Positions 23,491 to 36,349 of a DNA stretch of 42,854 nucleotides are shown piece by piece (within the stretch, counting starts at the first letter, position 1; each line of letters starts with the position of its first letter). The notes under the pieces are model-generated. The model was given only the letters and a program-made list of their open reading frames with translations. It searched no databases and was not told the DNA's origin. The stretch is taken from NCBI GenBank assembly GCA_030141605.1, contig JAQGDQ010001393.1, positions 1-42,854 of the forward strand, in the 5' to 3' direction. The DNA is from Tubiluchus corallicola. Taxonomy: Eukaryota; Animalia; Priapulida. The translations under genes were made by a program, and so were the position numbers.

Positions 23491-24064
23491 ATGAAGCTAA
23501 ATAAGTAGGAAAAGAATCAAGCAGAGAAAAAATATAAAAACAAGAAGAAAATAGAGTAGTTGTAATGTGTTTATACGAGCACGGCAACGAGAAGCCACGC
23601 AGTGTATCAAATTTTAGTTCTCTGGGGTTCAGGCATGTAACTTAAAATCAACATGTTTTCATTCAACAGTTCAACAAATTCAACAGTTCAACAGACAGAA
23701 CGCGACAACTCGTTAGACAAGTCAGCACAGCACCTACTGTATCATTTACATGGTCAATACAGGCACAGGCATCCCATAATGCTTTTGGACAATCCTGCCG
23801 TGACGTCATTCGCAATACGCAGCCGAAATTCGGCGAGTGCAGATACAGTACTGCAAATGTTCAAATTGATGAGATTGAAGGCCTCATTAATAAGCCAACG
23901 TAATGGAAGGAAATCTTACTTTAGTTGAAAATGTTGGCTTGTATTTGACAAAATGATTCGCTTCCAAAACTTGTTACTTGAGGATCGGACACATAGACGC
24001 CATCAGGGGTTTATATTAAATGCAAGCTCAAATATTCAGAAGTGATTGAAATTTTGTTTCAGAT

Positions 24065-24287
24065 ATAATAATTATTATTTTATACGTCCAGGAAAACACC
24101 TCTGCAACCCAATACTGATTTCCAAGGTGGTCAAATGTATTATATTACCCGCATGTTACTTCGAAGTGCTTGCTGGCAGAGCCAGCCATACCGTTTTTCA
24201 ACTCTTATGTTTGACTTGGTCGAGAGTTGAACCCGCAACCTCCCAGGTGATAAGTGAGCATGCCACCATTGAGCTACGCCACCCGGT
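24065..24287 (-). mobile_element. tRNA-derived SINE
   Basis: Pol III A box GTAGCTCAATGG (24277-24266), B box GGTTCAACTCT (24233-24223), unrelated body, L2-group-like tail GACCACCTTGGAAATCAG...GTGTTTTCCTGG and AAT-rich end; no intact cloverleaf. Confidence 0.75.
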
Positions 24288-24357
24288 ATGATGTACTTTA
24301 GTAGATTCCAAATTAAATTTTGGCAAATTTAAATGCTTTATTTTTGCATCTCGTGGG

Positions 24358-24358
<1 letters not shown>

Positions 24359-24399
<41 letters not shown>

Positions 24400-24414
24400 T
24401 TAATAATAATAATA
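24359..24414. repeat. (TAA)n microsatellite abutting the Helitron array 3' end
   Basis: Direct reading. Confidence 0.95.
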
Positions 24415-24415
24415 A

Positions 24416-26629
24416 CTAGCAAAGGCCCGCAAAAAATTTTGCGAATAAACCCACTTATAATCAAAACTAATCCAACATCCTACATAGTCATCATTTATAA
24501 CGCAAAGCCAGCAGCAGATTTTACTGAATTAAAGTTATAGGCAGAGTATAATGGATGACGTCAGAAAAATGGCTTTGCGTCAGCAGTCTTCTAAGCGAAA
24601 ATTGCCGAAAATAGAACATCTACTTAACTCGTCAGTACTCCTTTTGCTGGACGTGTCCTAAAATATAGCTCACACCATCGTGTAGCCCTGTTCTTCCTCT
24701 TTCAAAAGAACTATATATCTCCTTCCGAGAGTCCCACCAGGCGCCGCTAGAACAGTATGCTGTATGGTCAAAATTTCGAAAAAATCGCGAATTGGTCCAT
24801 AAAAACGCCCTCTCGCGAATTCTATAATACACCTATGACACCCACCGCTGAACGGTCTATCTATCCATGGCCAGCACCGCCCTCGGCCCGTTCCATTTCA
24901 TCAGAAATAAGAGGTATAAATTTTGCAAAAAACGACCAAAAATGGCCATTTTTGAGGTTTTTCGCCCCCCCCGTTCGTCCTGGTGGGCCCGATTCGAAAA
25001 ATAAACCCCCAATGGCGCGACAGTAGATGGAGACCTTTCGTTTGATGTATAGATCGAAGCAAATGATACCGCCGTCGAAGCTGTAGCCTCGAATCTTATA
25101 CCAGTAGAATTAATACATACGACTAGCAAAGGCCCCGCAAAAAATTTTGCGAATAAATACACTAATAATCAATAATGCGCGAACATTCTACCTAGTGTCG
25201 GTTTGCTTATCTAACGCAAAGCCAGCAGCTGCAGCAGCTTTTACTGAATTAAAGTTATAAGCAATAATGGGAACGTCAGAACAATGGCTTTTCGTCAGCA
25301 GTTTTCCAAGCAAAAATTTGCCAAAAATAGAACATCTAATTAACTCGTCAGTACTCCTTTTGTTGGACGTGTCCTAAAATATAGCCCACATCATCGCGTA
25401 GCCCTGTTCTTCCTCTTTCTAAAGAGCTATATATCTCCTTCCAAGAGTCCCACCACGCGCTGCTAGAGCGTTTTATCCAGATGCTGTTTGACCAGGTTTT
25501 CGAAAAAATCGCGAGTTGGGTCAGGGAAAACGCTCTTTACGGGACGCCGTGGCCTTCTCGCAAATTCTAAATAGGCCTATGACACCTACCGCTGAACGGG
25601 CTATCTATCCATGGCCAGCACCGCCCTCGGCCCATTCCATTTCATCAGAAATACGAGGTATAAATTTTGCAAAAAACGACCAAAAATGGCCATTTTTGAG
25701 GTTTTTCGCCCCCCCCCCCCCCGTTCGTCCTGGTGGGCTCGATTCGAAAAATAAACCCCCAATGGCGCGACACTAGATCGAGATCTTTCATTTGATGTAT
25801 AGATCGAAGCAAATGATACCGCCGTCGAAGCTGTAGCCTCAAATCTTATATATACCAGTAGAATTAATACATACGACTAGCAAAGGCCCCGCAAAAAATT
25901 TTGCGAATAAATACACTAATAATCAATAATGCGCGAACATTCTACCTAGTGTTGGTTTGCTTATCTAACGCAAAGCTGGCAGCTGCAGCAGCTTTTACTG
26001 AATTAAAGTTATAAGCAATAATGGTGACGTCAGAACAATGGCTTTGCGTCAGCAGTTTTCCTTGCGAAAATTGCCAAAATCTACTTAACTTGTCAGTACT
26101 CCTTTTGCTGGACCTGCCCTAAAATATAGCTCACACCATCGTGTAGCTCTGTTCGTCCTCTTTCTAAAGAGCCATATATCTCCTTCCGAGATTCCCTCCA
26201 CGTGCCGCTACAACGTTTTTTCTGCATGCTGTTTGACCAAAATTTCAAAAAAATCGCGAATTGTGTCCGGGAAAACGCCCGTTACGGGACGTCGTGGCCC
26301 TACCGCAAATTCTAAATACACCTATGACACCCAGCGCTGAACAGGTTATCTACCCATGGCTTGTTCCCGTTCTTCAGATCTCAGACGTATAACTTTTGCA
26401 AAAAATGGCCATTTTTTGGAGGTTTTTTGCCCCCCCCCCGTTCGTCCCGGTGGGCCCGATTCGAAAAATAAACCCCCGGTGGCACGACACTAGATCGAGA
26501 TCTTTCGCTTGATGTATAGATCGCCGCAAATGGTGCTGTCGTCCGAGATGTAGCCTCGAATCTTATATATATACATATATATACCAGCGAAATTAATATA
26601 TAGACTAGCAAAGGCCCCGCAAAAAATTT
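24416..26629 (-). mobile_element. Tandem head-to-tail array of non-autonomous Helitrons (3 full copies + terminal stub)
   Basis: Copies 25122-24416, 25876-25123, 26604-25877, stub 26629-26605. Each starts TC and ends CGCAAAATTTTTTGCG hairpin + G(G)GCCTTTG + CTAG; junctions read CTAG|TC; last CTAG followed by T; no TIR or TSD. Confidence 0.88.
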
Positions 26630-26809
26630 ATTCTGAAAAGGTGAGATATCTTCGCTTAAAATTAACAATTAACAAAAACGACCCTTGTACGTCTGTACGA
26701 TTTTCAAATTACATAGAACAGAAGAGTCCAGGTAATATACCTTTCTGTTAAGTTACAGTTCGCTTACCTTTAGAAAAGGCATTGTAATGACAGATTAGTT
26801 TAATAACGT

Positions 26810-27980
26810 CTTGACAGTCATCACAAAAGTAAATAATTCTAAACTCTTGTTAGCTTTTCCCACAGGTGAATTCGAGGAAGTTTTTTGTTATTGCAAAAAT
26901 TAGCTTTGCGGAACACTCACCCACCTGAGCCTTATTTGCGAAAGTAATGACAATCATCACAAAGGTAAACAGTTCTTTGGACGGATTAGCTTTTCCCACG
27001 CTGTGAGCGCTCTCAAACCTTTTGTTATTTAGAAAATTAGGTATGCGGAATATTCACCCAGGTAGAAAATCAAGCCCTCTCCGCCACTAAGCTTTGCAGG
27101 TATTAGCTCTTCCTGGGGGGGGGGGGGGCGGGTGGTGCTATGAGTCTATCTCTCCTTTCGGAAATTAGCTTTGCAAAATATTTGCTCCACTGGAAAAAGA
27201 AAAAAAAGGCTCTCTGCCATTAATAGCTTGGAGGCTAAGTGTATTTTTCAAGTATCATGTAATATCGTCTTCATGATAGAGACTAATATATATATATATT
27301 TATATATATTATAGCGGCAAGATGCATTAAAATGGAATTGGCACATTGCGTACTCCTAGCTAATAAAATTTGAAGTCGCGAAACGAACAAGTTTGTCAAA
27401 ATTTTCAGCAATTTTTATTCGTAAAAGAAAATCTTCAGGTAAAATAGAAATGGCCTATGTGAACTTGACGTTCAAATAATCCAGGGAAGAGTCCCCGTAA
27501 AGCAGTTTTTATCTGTTCACAGGGTCGCATACCTTTCACTTCCCAGGCGCTAAAAGTATCACAGCCTCGGGAGCTTATTTTCGAAAGAAAAGACCATCTC
27601 AAAGGTAAACAGTTCTAAGCTTTTCCCTGGGGGTGAGTGCTCGCAAAGCTTTTGTCATTTAAAAACTACCTTCGCAAAATATTTTCTCAGCTGGAATACA
27701 ATAAGCGCTCTGTGCATCTAATTGGTCTTCCCAGGGGGTGAGTGCTCTCCTACTTTCTGTTCTTTTGAAAATTTCCTTTGCAGAAATATTTGCTCAGGTA
27801 GAAGAATAGGCTCTCGTTCACTAATAGCTTCGAGAATAATTTGCTTTTCCCAACGGCAGAGTGTTCTCAAACTTTCTCTCCTTTGAAAACTAGCTTTGCA
27901 AAATATTTGCTCGGCCAGGAAAAGAAAATATTCGCTCTCTACCGCTAATAGCTTGGAGGATGAGTGCATTTTTCAAGTTA
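26810..27980. repeat. Diverged ~105-125 bp minisatellite in two blocks (26810-27255, 27570-27980)
   Basis: Recurring TAGCTTTTCCC..GTGAGTGCTCTC..TAGCTTTGCAAAATATTTGCTC; both blocks end TAATAGCTTGGAGG.T.AGTG.ATTTTTCAAGT. Confidence 0.75.
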
Positions 27981-28059
27981 CAGAATCCAAACAGTGAGAG
28001 CAATCTTTGTCTTCATCCTCAAATGTCATTAGCCTGTCCCTGCATTCAAGGACGCTGGA

Positions 28060-28096
28060 CTCTCTCTCCCCTCTCCCCCCCTCTCTCTCTCTCTCT

Positions 28097-28141
<45 letters not shown>

Positions 28142-28155
28142 CCCCACTCTCTCTT
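28060..28155. repeat. (CT)n microsatellite
   Basis: Direct reading. Confidence 0.95.
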
Positions 28156-28479
28156 GATGTCACATATAGGTAATTATATCTGTGCTGTTAAAGTAGCAGA
28201 AGTCGTAGGTCTATAACACCTATTTTGAATGGTGAGGTACTGAAAGAGTTAATCTAATCTGTTTGCTGCAAATAAACGGGTTTTTCCCGCAGATCATGGT
28301 GACAGTCTCTCGAAGGTTGGGATGAATTGACGAGGTTACGTAAAGTGGCGAAACGGCAACAGGAAAAGTCCGAAAACGTTGGAGTAAAGGTGAAAATCAA
28401 AGAGGGAAAGTTGTAGACTGGAGAATACGTGGTGGACGCGTGTCAGTCTAGCAGATTTTTACTGCCTTTTTCAGAGTCA

Positions 28480-29000
28480 GAGAATTGGAACCCGAAATGT
28501 TATCAATTTGTTATTGAAATATTGGAAAGGACAAACATTAGAGAAATTGGAGTGGTATTTGTTTATATGTACAGCACGCATTAGCCTAGAACTACAAATA
28601 TATAGTATTAGAAATGGATGATTCAATCTGCATAGAATTTTTCTGTTATCCAAATTTCGTTTGCTTGTTTTTTATGTACGCCTTTAGTAGATTCGTGTTA
28701 TTATGACGACAGCTTCTTTACTAATGTATATAGAAATTTCACAGTCATGTAATTTGATAAATGAAAAACAAAAATACGAACAGAGCCCGTACAGTTAATA
28801 CTAATAAAAGAATTGGAGAAATCACTAACACGCTCAATAACAAGTATTTGTTCCCATATATGTGAGCGGGAACAACTTAAGGGTGATATTCCAACTATAA
28901 AATACTGAATTAATTTTACTTAGGCGTACGTTTATTAAATTAAGCATTCGTGTAACACACTGTACGATAATTGTGACAAAACAAGTCCAATCTAAGTGAT
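28480..29000 (+). mobile_element. Possible very decayed LINE endonuclease fragment
   Basis: SGICLYV (~28552), DSICIEF (~28620); weak. Confidence 0.3.
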
Positions 29001-29203
29001 TAATGAGATTCCCTTTCAATACTTTTTTGTGCAAATGCTTAACCAGAACTTAAATTTTTCTTTGTAATACGCGTGTAAGCAATTTCCTAAACATCTGTAA
29101 GTTTCTTGAATTTAACCTGTCTCACAGCGCTGCGTAGTAAAGATAAGTACATGTTGAGTGCGCCGTATAATGCACTTTATCCGGGGTATTCTGAGAATAA
29201 TTT

Positions 29204-29205
29204 TT

Positions 29206-29260
<55 letters not shown>

Positions 29261-29283
29261 TTGTTCTTGTTGCTGCTGTTGTT
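29204..29283. repeat. (GTT/GCT)n microsatellite
   Basis: Direct reading. Confidence 0.95.
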
Positions 29284-29769
29284 AATACGTCTAATTAAAT
29301 TTTTAGCTCGCACGAAATTTTTATTAAGTATTTTTTTTAATATTTTCCCAGTGGAAGAGGCAAAGAATCTTGATAAATATTAATTATGCAGACAAAATAG
29401 TTTGTAATGATTCACACTTGAACAAGCAGAATATAACCCATTGATTTAGCAGACATAAATAGTTTGTCAGTGTAGTCGATTTTCGCGCATAACTTCATAT
29501 TAATGCTGACGCTTTTTTCACAATCAGCATTAATCAGCAGACCCTTGAAATTGTTTTGCAGTTAATTTTTTATAATGAAGTAAAGTGTGAAGTATTTCAA
29601 CTTAAAATTGCTAACCAGTTACTCCCTTATAGACCAACGCAGTTTGTTTCCAAATGATTTATTATTTAGGGCTCTTTTCTGAAAAATGTGCACTGCAATT
29701 AATCTAAAATGTTCTCCTGTCATCATATTATTTCTGTTAGCTGCTGTGGGTCAGTTCAAAATCATAATC

Positions 29770-32120
29770 GCTTATTTATTACAGTATTACCTTCAAGGTA
29801 GAGTAATGACCTGTAGAGTAATGTCACCTAACAAGTCTGGTCGGGAAGCCACGTGATTTGCTGCGTCACAGCACAGGTGTCCGCCATGATTGAGCTAGCT
29901 GTAACGGTAGTCCCAACGAACCCATTAACGAAGAGATAGAACAGAAAAGATTACAGTTAAAGCGTGGTTGGTATTTGGTAAAAATAAACATACTATTATA
30001 AAGGAAAAACAAGAAATTAAGAAAAGCATTATAAAATAAACACAACACATTGCAATACATCCACACTAAAATTAGCATATTAAATACTATAAAACAAGGC
30101 ATACTATTACTAAAAATGAAAATTTAGGAAAAGTATTTGTAAAATGAATAAAACAAAAATAATACATACACGCTAAAATACAAGCACATTAAATTTTAAA
30201 AACAAAAAAATGCTATTATTAAAATGTGAAGTTAAGAATTATAGAACAAACAAAATACTGCAATGCTTCCATAGTAAAATTAATCACAGTAATAAAATTT
30301 AAGTACAAGATGCAGCTAAAATCATGTGCAATTACACAAATTTCATAGTTTGAAAAGTTGTTGAAATAAATATGACAGTACAAATTATACATTAAAACTT
30401 AGCAGTACATGTGTAATAAGGTATTATATATTACGCTAAAACACACTACCCATACGCGCATATATTCTAAACACAATAAGGCACAAATGCACAATAAGTA
30501 TAAGCTGCTTATTAAAATAAATTAAGGCAAATGTTCTCTCAGTAGGGCCCTTGAAATCTAAACCTCTATCTATTTTATTATACAGTAATGAACCACTATT
30601 CAGCAATGTTGCTTTGCCATATGTTTAGTCAAACACAACTGCCCTCCAGTCGCTAGCCTTCTGTTTTGCAACGAATGTTTTTTTCTAAATTTTTCTTTCA
30701 GCTTCACGGGCATTTTGCAATCAGTAACTGCTTGATGGACTAGCAGTATTTTACGGTAGTCAACATCTTTATCAACAGGGATGATTTAAGCATCTTTCAT
30801 AGGTTCTGCTGATGTGGATCCTGTTATAACTTTTGCCGTGCGTTTTTGCAAACTAATTATGTTTTTTTTAAATTATTTTTATTCCTGTAATTTCCCCAGA
30901 CCCTCGAACAGTATGTGAGGTGCGTAGAGTATTTTTGCCATTGATGTAAAAGCACGCTTTTTTCAATATCCAAACCTTTTGAGCTACAAAACCTCTACGT
31001 TTAGTCATTTGGCGCTGCCAGGTACGATGGTTATCAATTAAGAGACCTAGTACATTTTCTGTGCGAACTTGCTCTTGCATAGTGCCATTTACTTTTATTT
31101 CATGATCTAGTGAATTGGCTGCACGGGCTCGTTTTTGGGCACTACACACTATCATTGTTTAGCTTTTACTACATAAAGGTTCATTTTGCTTAGCTAACAT
31201 ACATTGATTAATATTGTTCACATCGTTTTGTAGGTTAGTTTTGATTTCAGCAATATTTTTGCAATTAACGTATACTGTGCTATCGTCAGCATACATTTCC
31301 AGTGAACAATATTGCACCTTTTGAGGCAAATCGTTGATACAAGACGGGTTCTAATATGGAGCCCTGGGTTACACCAGATATAGCAAATTTCGTACCTGAC
31401 TTAGCCCCATAAAACTGAACAACATGCTGTCTATTATTTACGTAAGATAAAAACCATTCTAATGCTGTGCCTCTGATGCCGTACCATTGTAACTTGTCCA
31501 ATAATATTTTGTAATCTAGAAGAAATGTCATTGTTCATCCACTTTGCAGCGTCATGCTTTATTCTTTGTGTTTTAGAAGCCCATGCTTGTTTAGCACAGT
31601 TACTAATGGTTTTGCATGAACCTCCACGCATTATTGATGTCAATGATTTTTTCTGTGCATGTCCAATCTATCCGCTTTAAATCATCTCCGTCAACATTTT
31701 TCATTTTTTGATATTGGATAGTTTAGTGATTATTCGGCTTGGTTGTTCTTCAGTTCATAGCCACATTACGCTTGCTTACAGAATACACCATTTCGTGATG
31801 CCATTGTAATTGTTCCCGAGCCACTAACATAGATATGATCAATTAACGTACTAGATGTTTCGATAATTTTAGTTGGAGAATTTTTGACATGTGTTAAGTG
31901 ATATCCATCTCGCAAAAAAACAGTTTGTCTTTTGCCATCATTTTTACAAATTTCAATGTTTAAATAACCTAGTATGACAAATTCTAGATTTTCACTTTCA
32001 ATTTTAGACAGATTTTCATCCAATCTTCCTAGAAATTCGTTGCTGTCAGGTGGCTTGTAAGAATCCCCCAATCAGGATCGGCCTGTTTTTCTCGTGATTT
32101 GGTATTTCGCACCACGCATT
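29770..32120 (-). mobile_element. Decayed, internally deleted CR1/L2-group LINE (EN + RT + long 3' UTR)
   Basis: AWCEI...PILIGG / YKPP, ILGYLN, TLIDHIY (32120-31820); KLQWYGIRG, GVTQGSIL (31531-31286); YADDS (~31292-31278); VLGLLID. 3' boundary approximate. Confidence 0.8.
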
Positions 32121-33163
32121 TGTAAAGCAGTTGAGTTGGTTGTTTCAAAGTTACACTCATAGCCAAATATGTCAAAATCCAGACGAAAGTGCTGACAAAC
32201 TTTTCTGGCGTCATTTTTTAACATATCACGAAAGAAAATCCTATAAGATGAAGAGTTTTCAGAAAAGTTTTTTGAAATTTCGTGGTATTGTTGTCTATGA
32301 AGATTTCTAGCAGATTCATATTTTTCTGGCCATTGAATGATCTTGCTTACATTCAGAGTCTTGAGAACGTGATTTGCATCTTCCTTAATTGTTTCATATC
32401 TACCTATAAAGTTATAATTTATGGCACATGGGTTGCACAATGTATAGTAAGTGTCCCAATGTTCGTTAATATTTCTCTTGTCGAATCCACCAACTGGTAC
32501 CTTAGAAGTGGGGTCCAACACATAACGTACAAATTCGTCAAACTCTTGCATGTCTACTCGACGCATTTGTTGTCTTTCAATCCTGTCGTGGTATTCTTTA
32601 CTAACATTTAAATAGTTTTTTACCCTCTTATCCCACAATGGTCGTTTAACTTTATCCACATAAGCTGACACCAGTCTGTCTAAAGGATGTCGCACGAACA
32701 AGAACTTATAATAATTGTTCAGACGAAACTTGCGCCCATCTTCATCAAACTTGCTTAGATTATTCATCATTTGGAGGTCATGAATCTTCCCCACTGGCAT
32801 TTTGGATACGTCCCTTTTTCTATTTTGGCTGTTTAGTTGCAACTCAGTCAATAATGTTTTCCATGTGGTCGTAGCAATTTTTGGAATATAGCAGTATAAA
32901 AACTTATACTGGTCGTTAGCTATTATAAACTTTAAGTTGATTTCAGTGACGTTAGAGCTACCCAACGCCTGACAAACACGTTGTGCATTTTCTACTCTTC
33001 TTTTATAGACTTTTGGTACGTTTGTAGGCCTATACACTGGTTTACTAGTGTATTCACTAGGTCTTGCGCTGTATTTGTGTTTGCCATACATTATTGCTAT
33101 CACTAAACAAGTTCCGTAAAAAAAGATGATAATTTGTCGCAAATGTGTTTTACTGAAAACCAT
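32072..33163 (-). CDS. Carbohydrate sulfotransferase, HNK-1ST/CHST8-14 family (CHST11-like), single coding exon, 363 aa from first ATG
   Basis: N-terminal signal anchor IIIFFYGTCLVIAIMY; 5'-PSB CYIPKIATTTWK; 3'-PB KFLFVRHPLDRLVSAYVDK; NEHW..LCNPCAINYNFIGRYET; LDFDIFGY. ATG at 33163 (tccATGg) preferred over the GTG at 33184. Orthology within the family not resolvable by eye. Confidence 0.92.
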   Translation of the reverse strand: MVFSKTHLRQIIIFFYGTCLVIAIMYGKHKYSARPSEYTSKPVYRPTNVPKVYKRRVENAQRVCQALGSSNVTEINLKFIIANDQYKFLYCYIPKIATTTWKTLLTELQLNSQNRKRDVSKMPVGKIHDLQMMNNLSKFDEDGRKFRLNNYYKFLFVRHPLDRLVSAYVDKVKRPLWDKRVKNYLNVSKEYHDRIERQQMRRVDMQEFDEFVRYVLDPTSKVPVGGFDKRNINEHWDTYYTLCNPCAINYNFIGRYETIKEDANHVLKTLNVSKIIQWPEKYESARNLHRQQYHEISKNFSENSSSYRIFFRDMLKNDARKVCQHFRLDFDIFGYECNFETTNSTALQMRGAKYQITRKTGRS

Positions 33164-35519
33164 GGATGCTGATTTTTGCACCACTGATTCAACAAATTAG
33201 AATTAAACTGTTCGAAGTGAAGCTCAGAAGTCACAGCTCTCGATTTGAGTAAAAAATATTGTCTCTTTGTTGAAAACTATGTCAGAAACCTTTGTGCGAG
33301 TCACTACACACAAAAAGTTGCAGGCGTTCATGTCTTTTGCCACATTTCTTTTTAGAATTAGTTTATTTTTCTCATAGCTGCCGCGTCTGTGGTGTATTAT
33401 TTCCTATTAACCTACTTCAATCTTGTTCTATTGACGTAGCAGCGGTTAAATCTAAATTTCAAGTAGAATAGTGCCGAGGGGAGGGGTCGTCTCGCAGTTA
33501 CAAATGCACCTTCTGGTAAATCTCTCCCAAGCACGTTCTAATTCAATATTCATCAGAATTGTTACCACAGCTATGATGATAACTGTGTATAGTGAATCAA
33601 TACAAGATGAGATTCTCAGTACAGTATTACTGATGTGATTTTATTAAAATATAAAATCTTATAGGAAAGCTGCTGGGTCTAAAGCTAAGGGTCCATATGC
33701 ACGTGATGCATGAAGCGTGATCCGCAATTGACTTTTTATATGTCCACGAACATTTCGCTCGTGATGCTCTTTCTGCACTATTCGTTACTATTCGTGAAAA
33801 ATTCCTACAGGAGTTCTGATAACACTTTTCTATCAAAATTTCAGAATGACCAAAATGAAATAATTACAACTTAATTATTGTTGCAACCCTCTGGAGTACC
33901 ATAGGTCTTAATAATGATCCTATATTATTTTTATTACGCATCAATTACATCTGCTCGAGAATGAAACACTGACATTTAAACATGCTAACCAATAATCAGT
34001 CAGTTTCAAGAAAAGTAAATTTTTATTGTTTGACCCAAAATCAAGATGCAAGCCTCCAAATCCTATTGCTATGGACATTAATATATTTACTAGAAACACA
34101 TACAATAAAATATTTCGGCATGGTTATACAACCGCGCAAAAATAAATAGAAGTAACTACAATTTTAGCAAAATTGAGATTTTGACGCCTTCTTACCAAAC
34201 AGATTGCGCTCTTACTTGCTATCATAATGAAATTTCATTTTAAGCTGTAGTTTTTGCGCTATGAATAACATCCAATTAGATAATTTGCAAAAACACGTCC
34301 TATTACAGAATTAAAAAGCAGTAACTACACAGTAGTCTACACGAACACAGATTTAGCACTTACTGCTCCTTTTCTGTAGTTTCTTTAATCAAAGGCATGC
34401 TTTACAGATTTATAACCAACATTTTTCCATTACTACATGTCAGATCCATATCGGATCGCTTATACATCTGAAGAAGTTAGTAATAAAAATATAACATTTA
34501 CCGACGTTTTCTGTTTGCTAAGTCTGTAATGATTAGGCATCTACTATTATATTAATATTCTTGGTATCTTAATATATATATATATTTATTTATATATAAG
34601 ATTCGAGGCTACAGCCCGGACGAGGGCACCATTTGCGGCGATTTATACATCAAACGAAAGGTCTCGATCTAGTGTCGTGCCATTGATGGTTTATTTTTCG
34701 AATGGGGCCCACCGGGAGAAGGGGGAGGCGAAAAACCTCCAAAAATGGCCCTTTTTCGGCCGTTTTTTAAAAGTTATACGGCTGAGATGTAGAGAATGTT
34801 AACGGGCCGAGCGGGGTGCTGGGTATGGATAGATAGCCCGTTCAGCGGTGGGTGTAGTAGGCCTATTTAGAATTCCCAAGAGGGCCACGGGGTCCCGTAA
34901 CGGGCGTTTTCGCGGACCCAACTCGTGATTTTTTCGAAATTTTGATCAAACAGCCTGCGGGAAAAACGTTCTAGCGGCGCCCGGTGGGACTCTCGGAAGG
35001 AGATATATAGCTCTTTACAAAGAGGAAGAACAGGGCTACACGACGATATGGGCTATATGTTGGGACACGTCCACTGAGAGGAGTACCGACGAGTTAATTA
35101 GATGTTCTATTTTCGACAATTTTCGCTTAGAAAACTGTTGACGCAAAGGCATTGTTGTGACGTCATCCATTGTATTCTGTCTATAATCTTATAACTTTAA
35201 TTCAGCAAAAAGCTGCTACAGGCTTTGCGTTAGTTAAACAAACTGTAGGCATGATGTTACGGGCTTTGCGTTATAAATGTGGACTAGGTAGGATGTTCGC
35301 GTATTATTGATTATACTTGGTTTTTTACGCAAAATCTTTTGGGGGCCTTTGCTATTTATTATATTATAGCACATAGTTTCAACTTTGCGAAAAATGTTTG
35401 GAATGGTTTTGTTGTAATGCTGTGCTGTTGGTGCTTGTGCCATAGGTGTCGTCATCGTTGCCACCATCATCATCATCATCATCATCAACATCATGATCAC
35501 CACGTGAGGTGGTGGATTT

Positions 35520-35885
35520 GATGTGGTGTGGTGGTGGTGTGCTTTGTGTGTTGTGCCCTGGATGGTGTGGTGGGGTGATAGGGTGTGTGGGGTGTGGTGT
35601 GGGTAGTGTGGTATGGAGTGGGTGGCGTGGTGTGTGTGTGGGTGTTGTGGTGCGGTGTGGTGTTATGGTGTGGTGCAGTGCGGTGTGATGTGGTGGAGTA
35701 TTATGGTGTGGGTGGTGTGGTGTGTGGGTGGTGTGGTGTGGTGCAGTGGTATGGTGTGGTGCAGTGTGGTGTGATGTGGTGCAGTGGTATGGTGTGGGTG
35801 GTGTGGTGTGTAGGTGGTATTGTGTGGTGCAGTGTGGTGCGATGAGGTGGAGTGGTATGGTGTGGTGCAGTGTGGTGTGATGGGG
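35520..35885. repeat. (GTGTG/GTG)-type G/T-rich minisatellite, copy 1
   Basis: Direct reading; preceded by (CAT)n at ~35465. Confidence 0.95.
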
Positions 35886-36349
35886 TGTGGGTTATATTTT
35901 AGGGCAGGTCCACCGAGAGGAGTATCAACGAGTTAGTTAGGAGTTCTATTTTCGGCAATTTTCACTTAGAAAATTGCTGACGCAAAGGCATTGTTGTGAC
36001 GTCATCCATTGTACTCTGTCTATAATCTTATAGCTTTAATTCAGCAAAAAGCTGCTACAGGCAAAGTAAACAAACAGTAGACACGATGTTACGGGCTTTG
36101 TGTTATAAATGTGGACTAGGTAGGATGTTCGCGTATTATTGATTACACGTGTATTTATACGCAAAATCTTTTGCGGGGCCTTTGCTATTTATTATATTAT
36201 AGCACATAGTTTCAACTTTGTGAAAAATGTTTGGAATGGTTTTGTTGTAATGCTGTGCTGTTGGTGCTTGTGCTATAGGTGTTGTCATCGTTGCCACCAC
36301 CATCATCATCATCATCATCAACATCATGATCACCACGTGAGGTGGTGGA

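Noticed and set aside
24215-24287. Possible tRNA gene
   Set aside because: A/B boxes present but stems do not pair into a cloverleaf; it continues into a SINE body and tail.
24757-26668. Recurrent 65-100 aa ORFs in the Helitron units
   Set aside because: Frames are not conserved between copies and show no Rep or helicase motifs.
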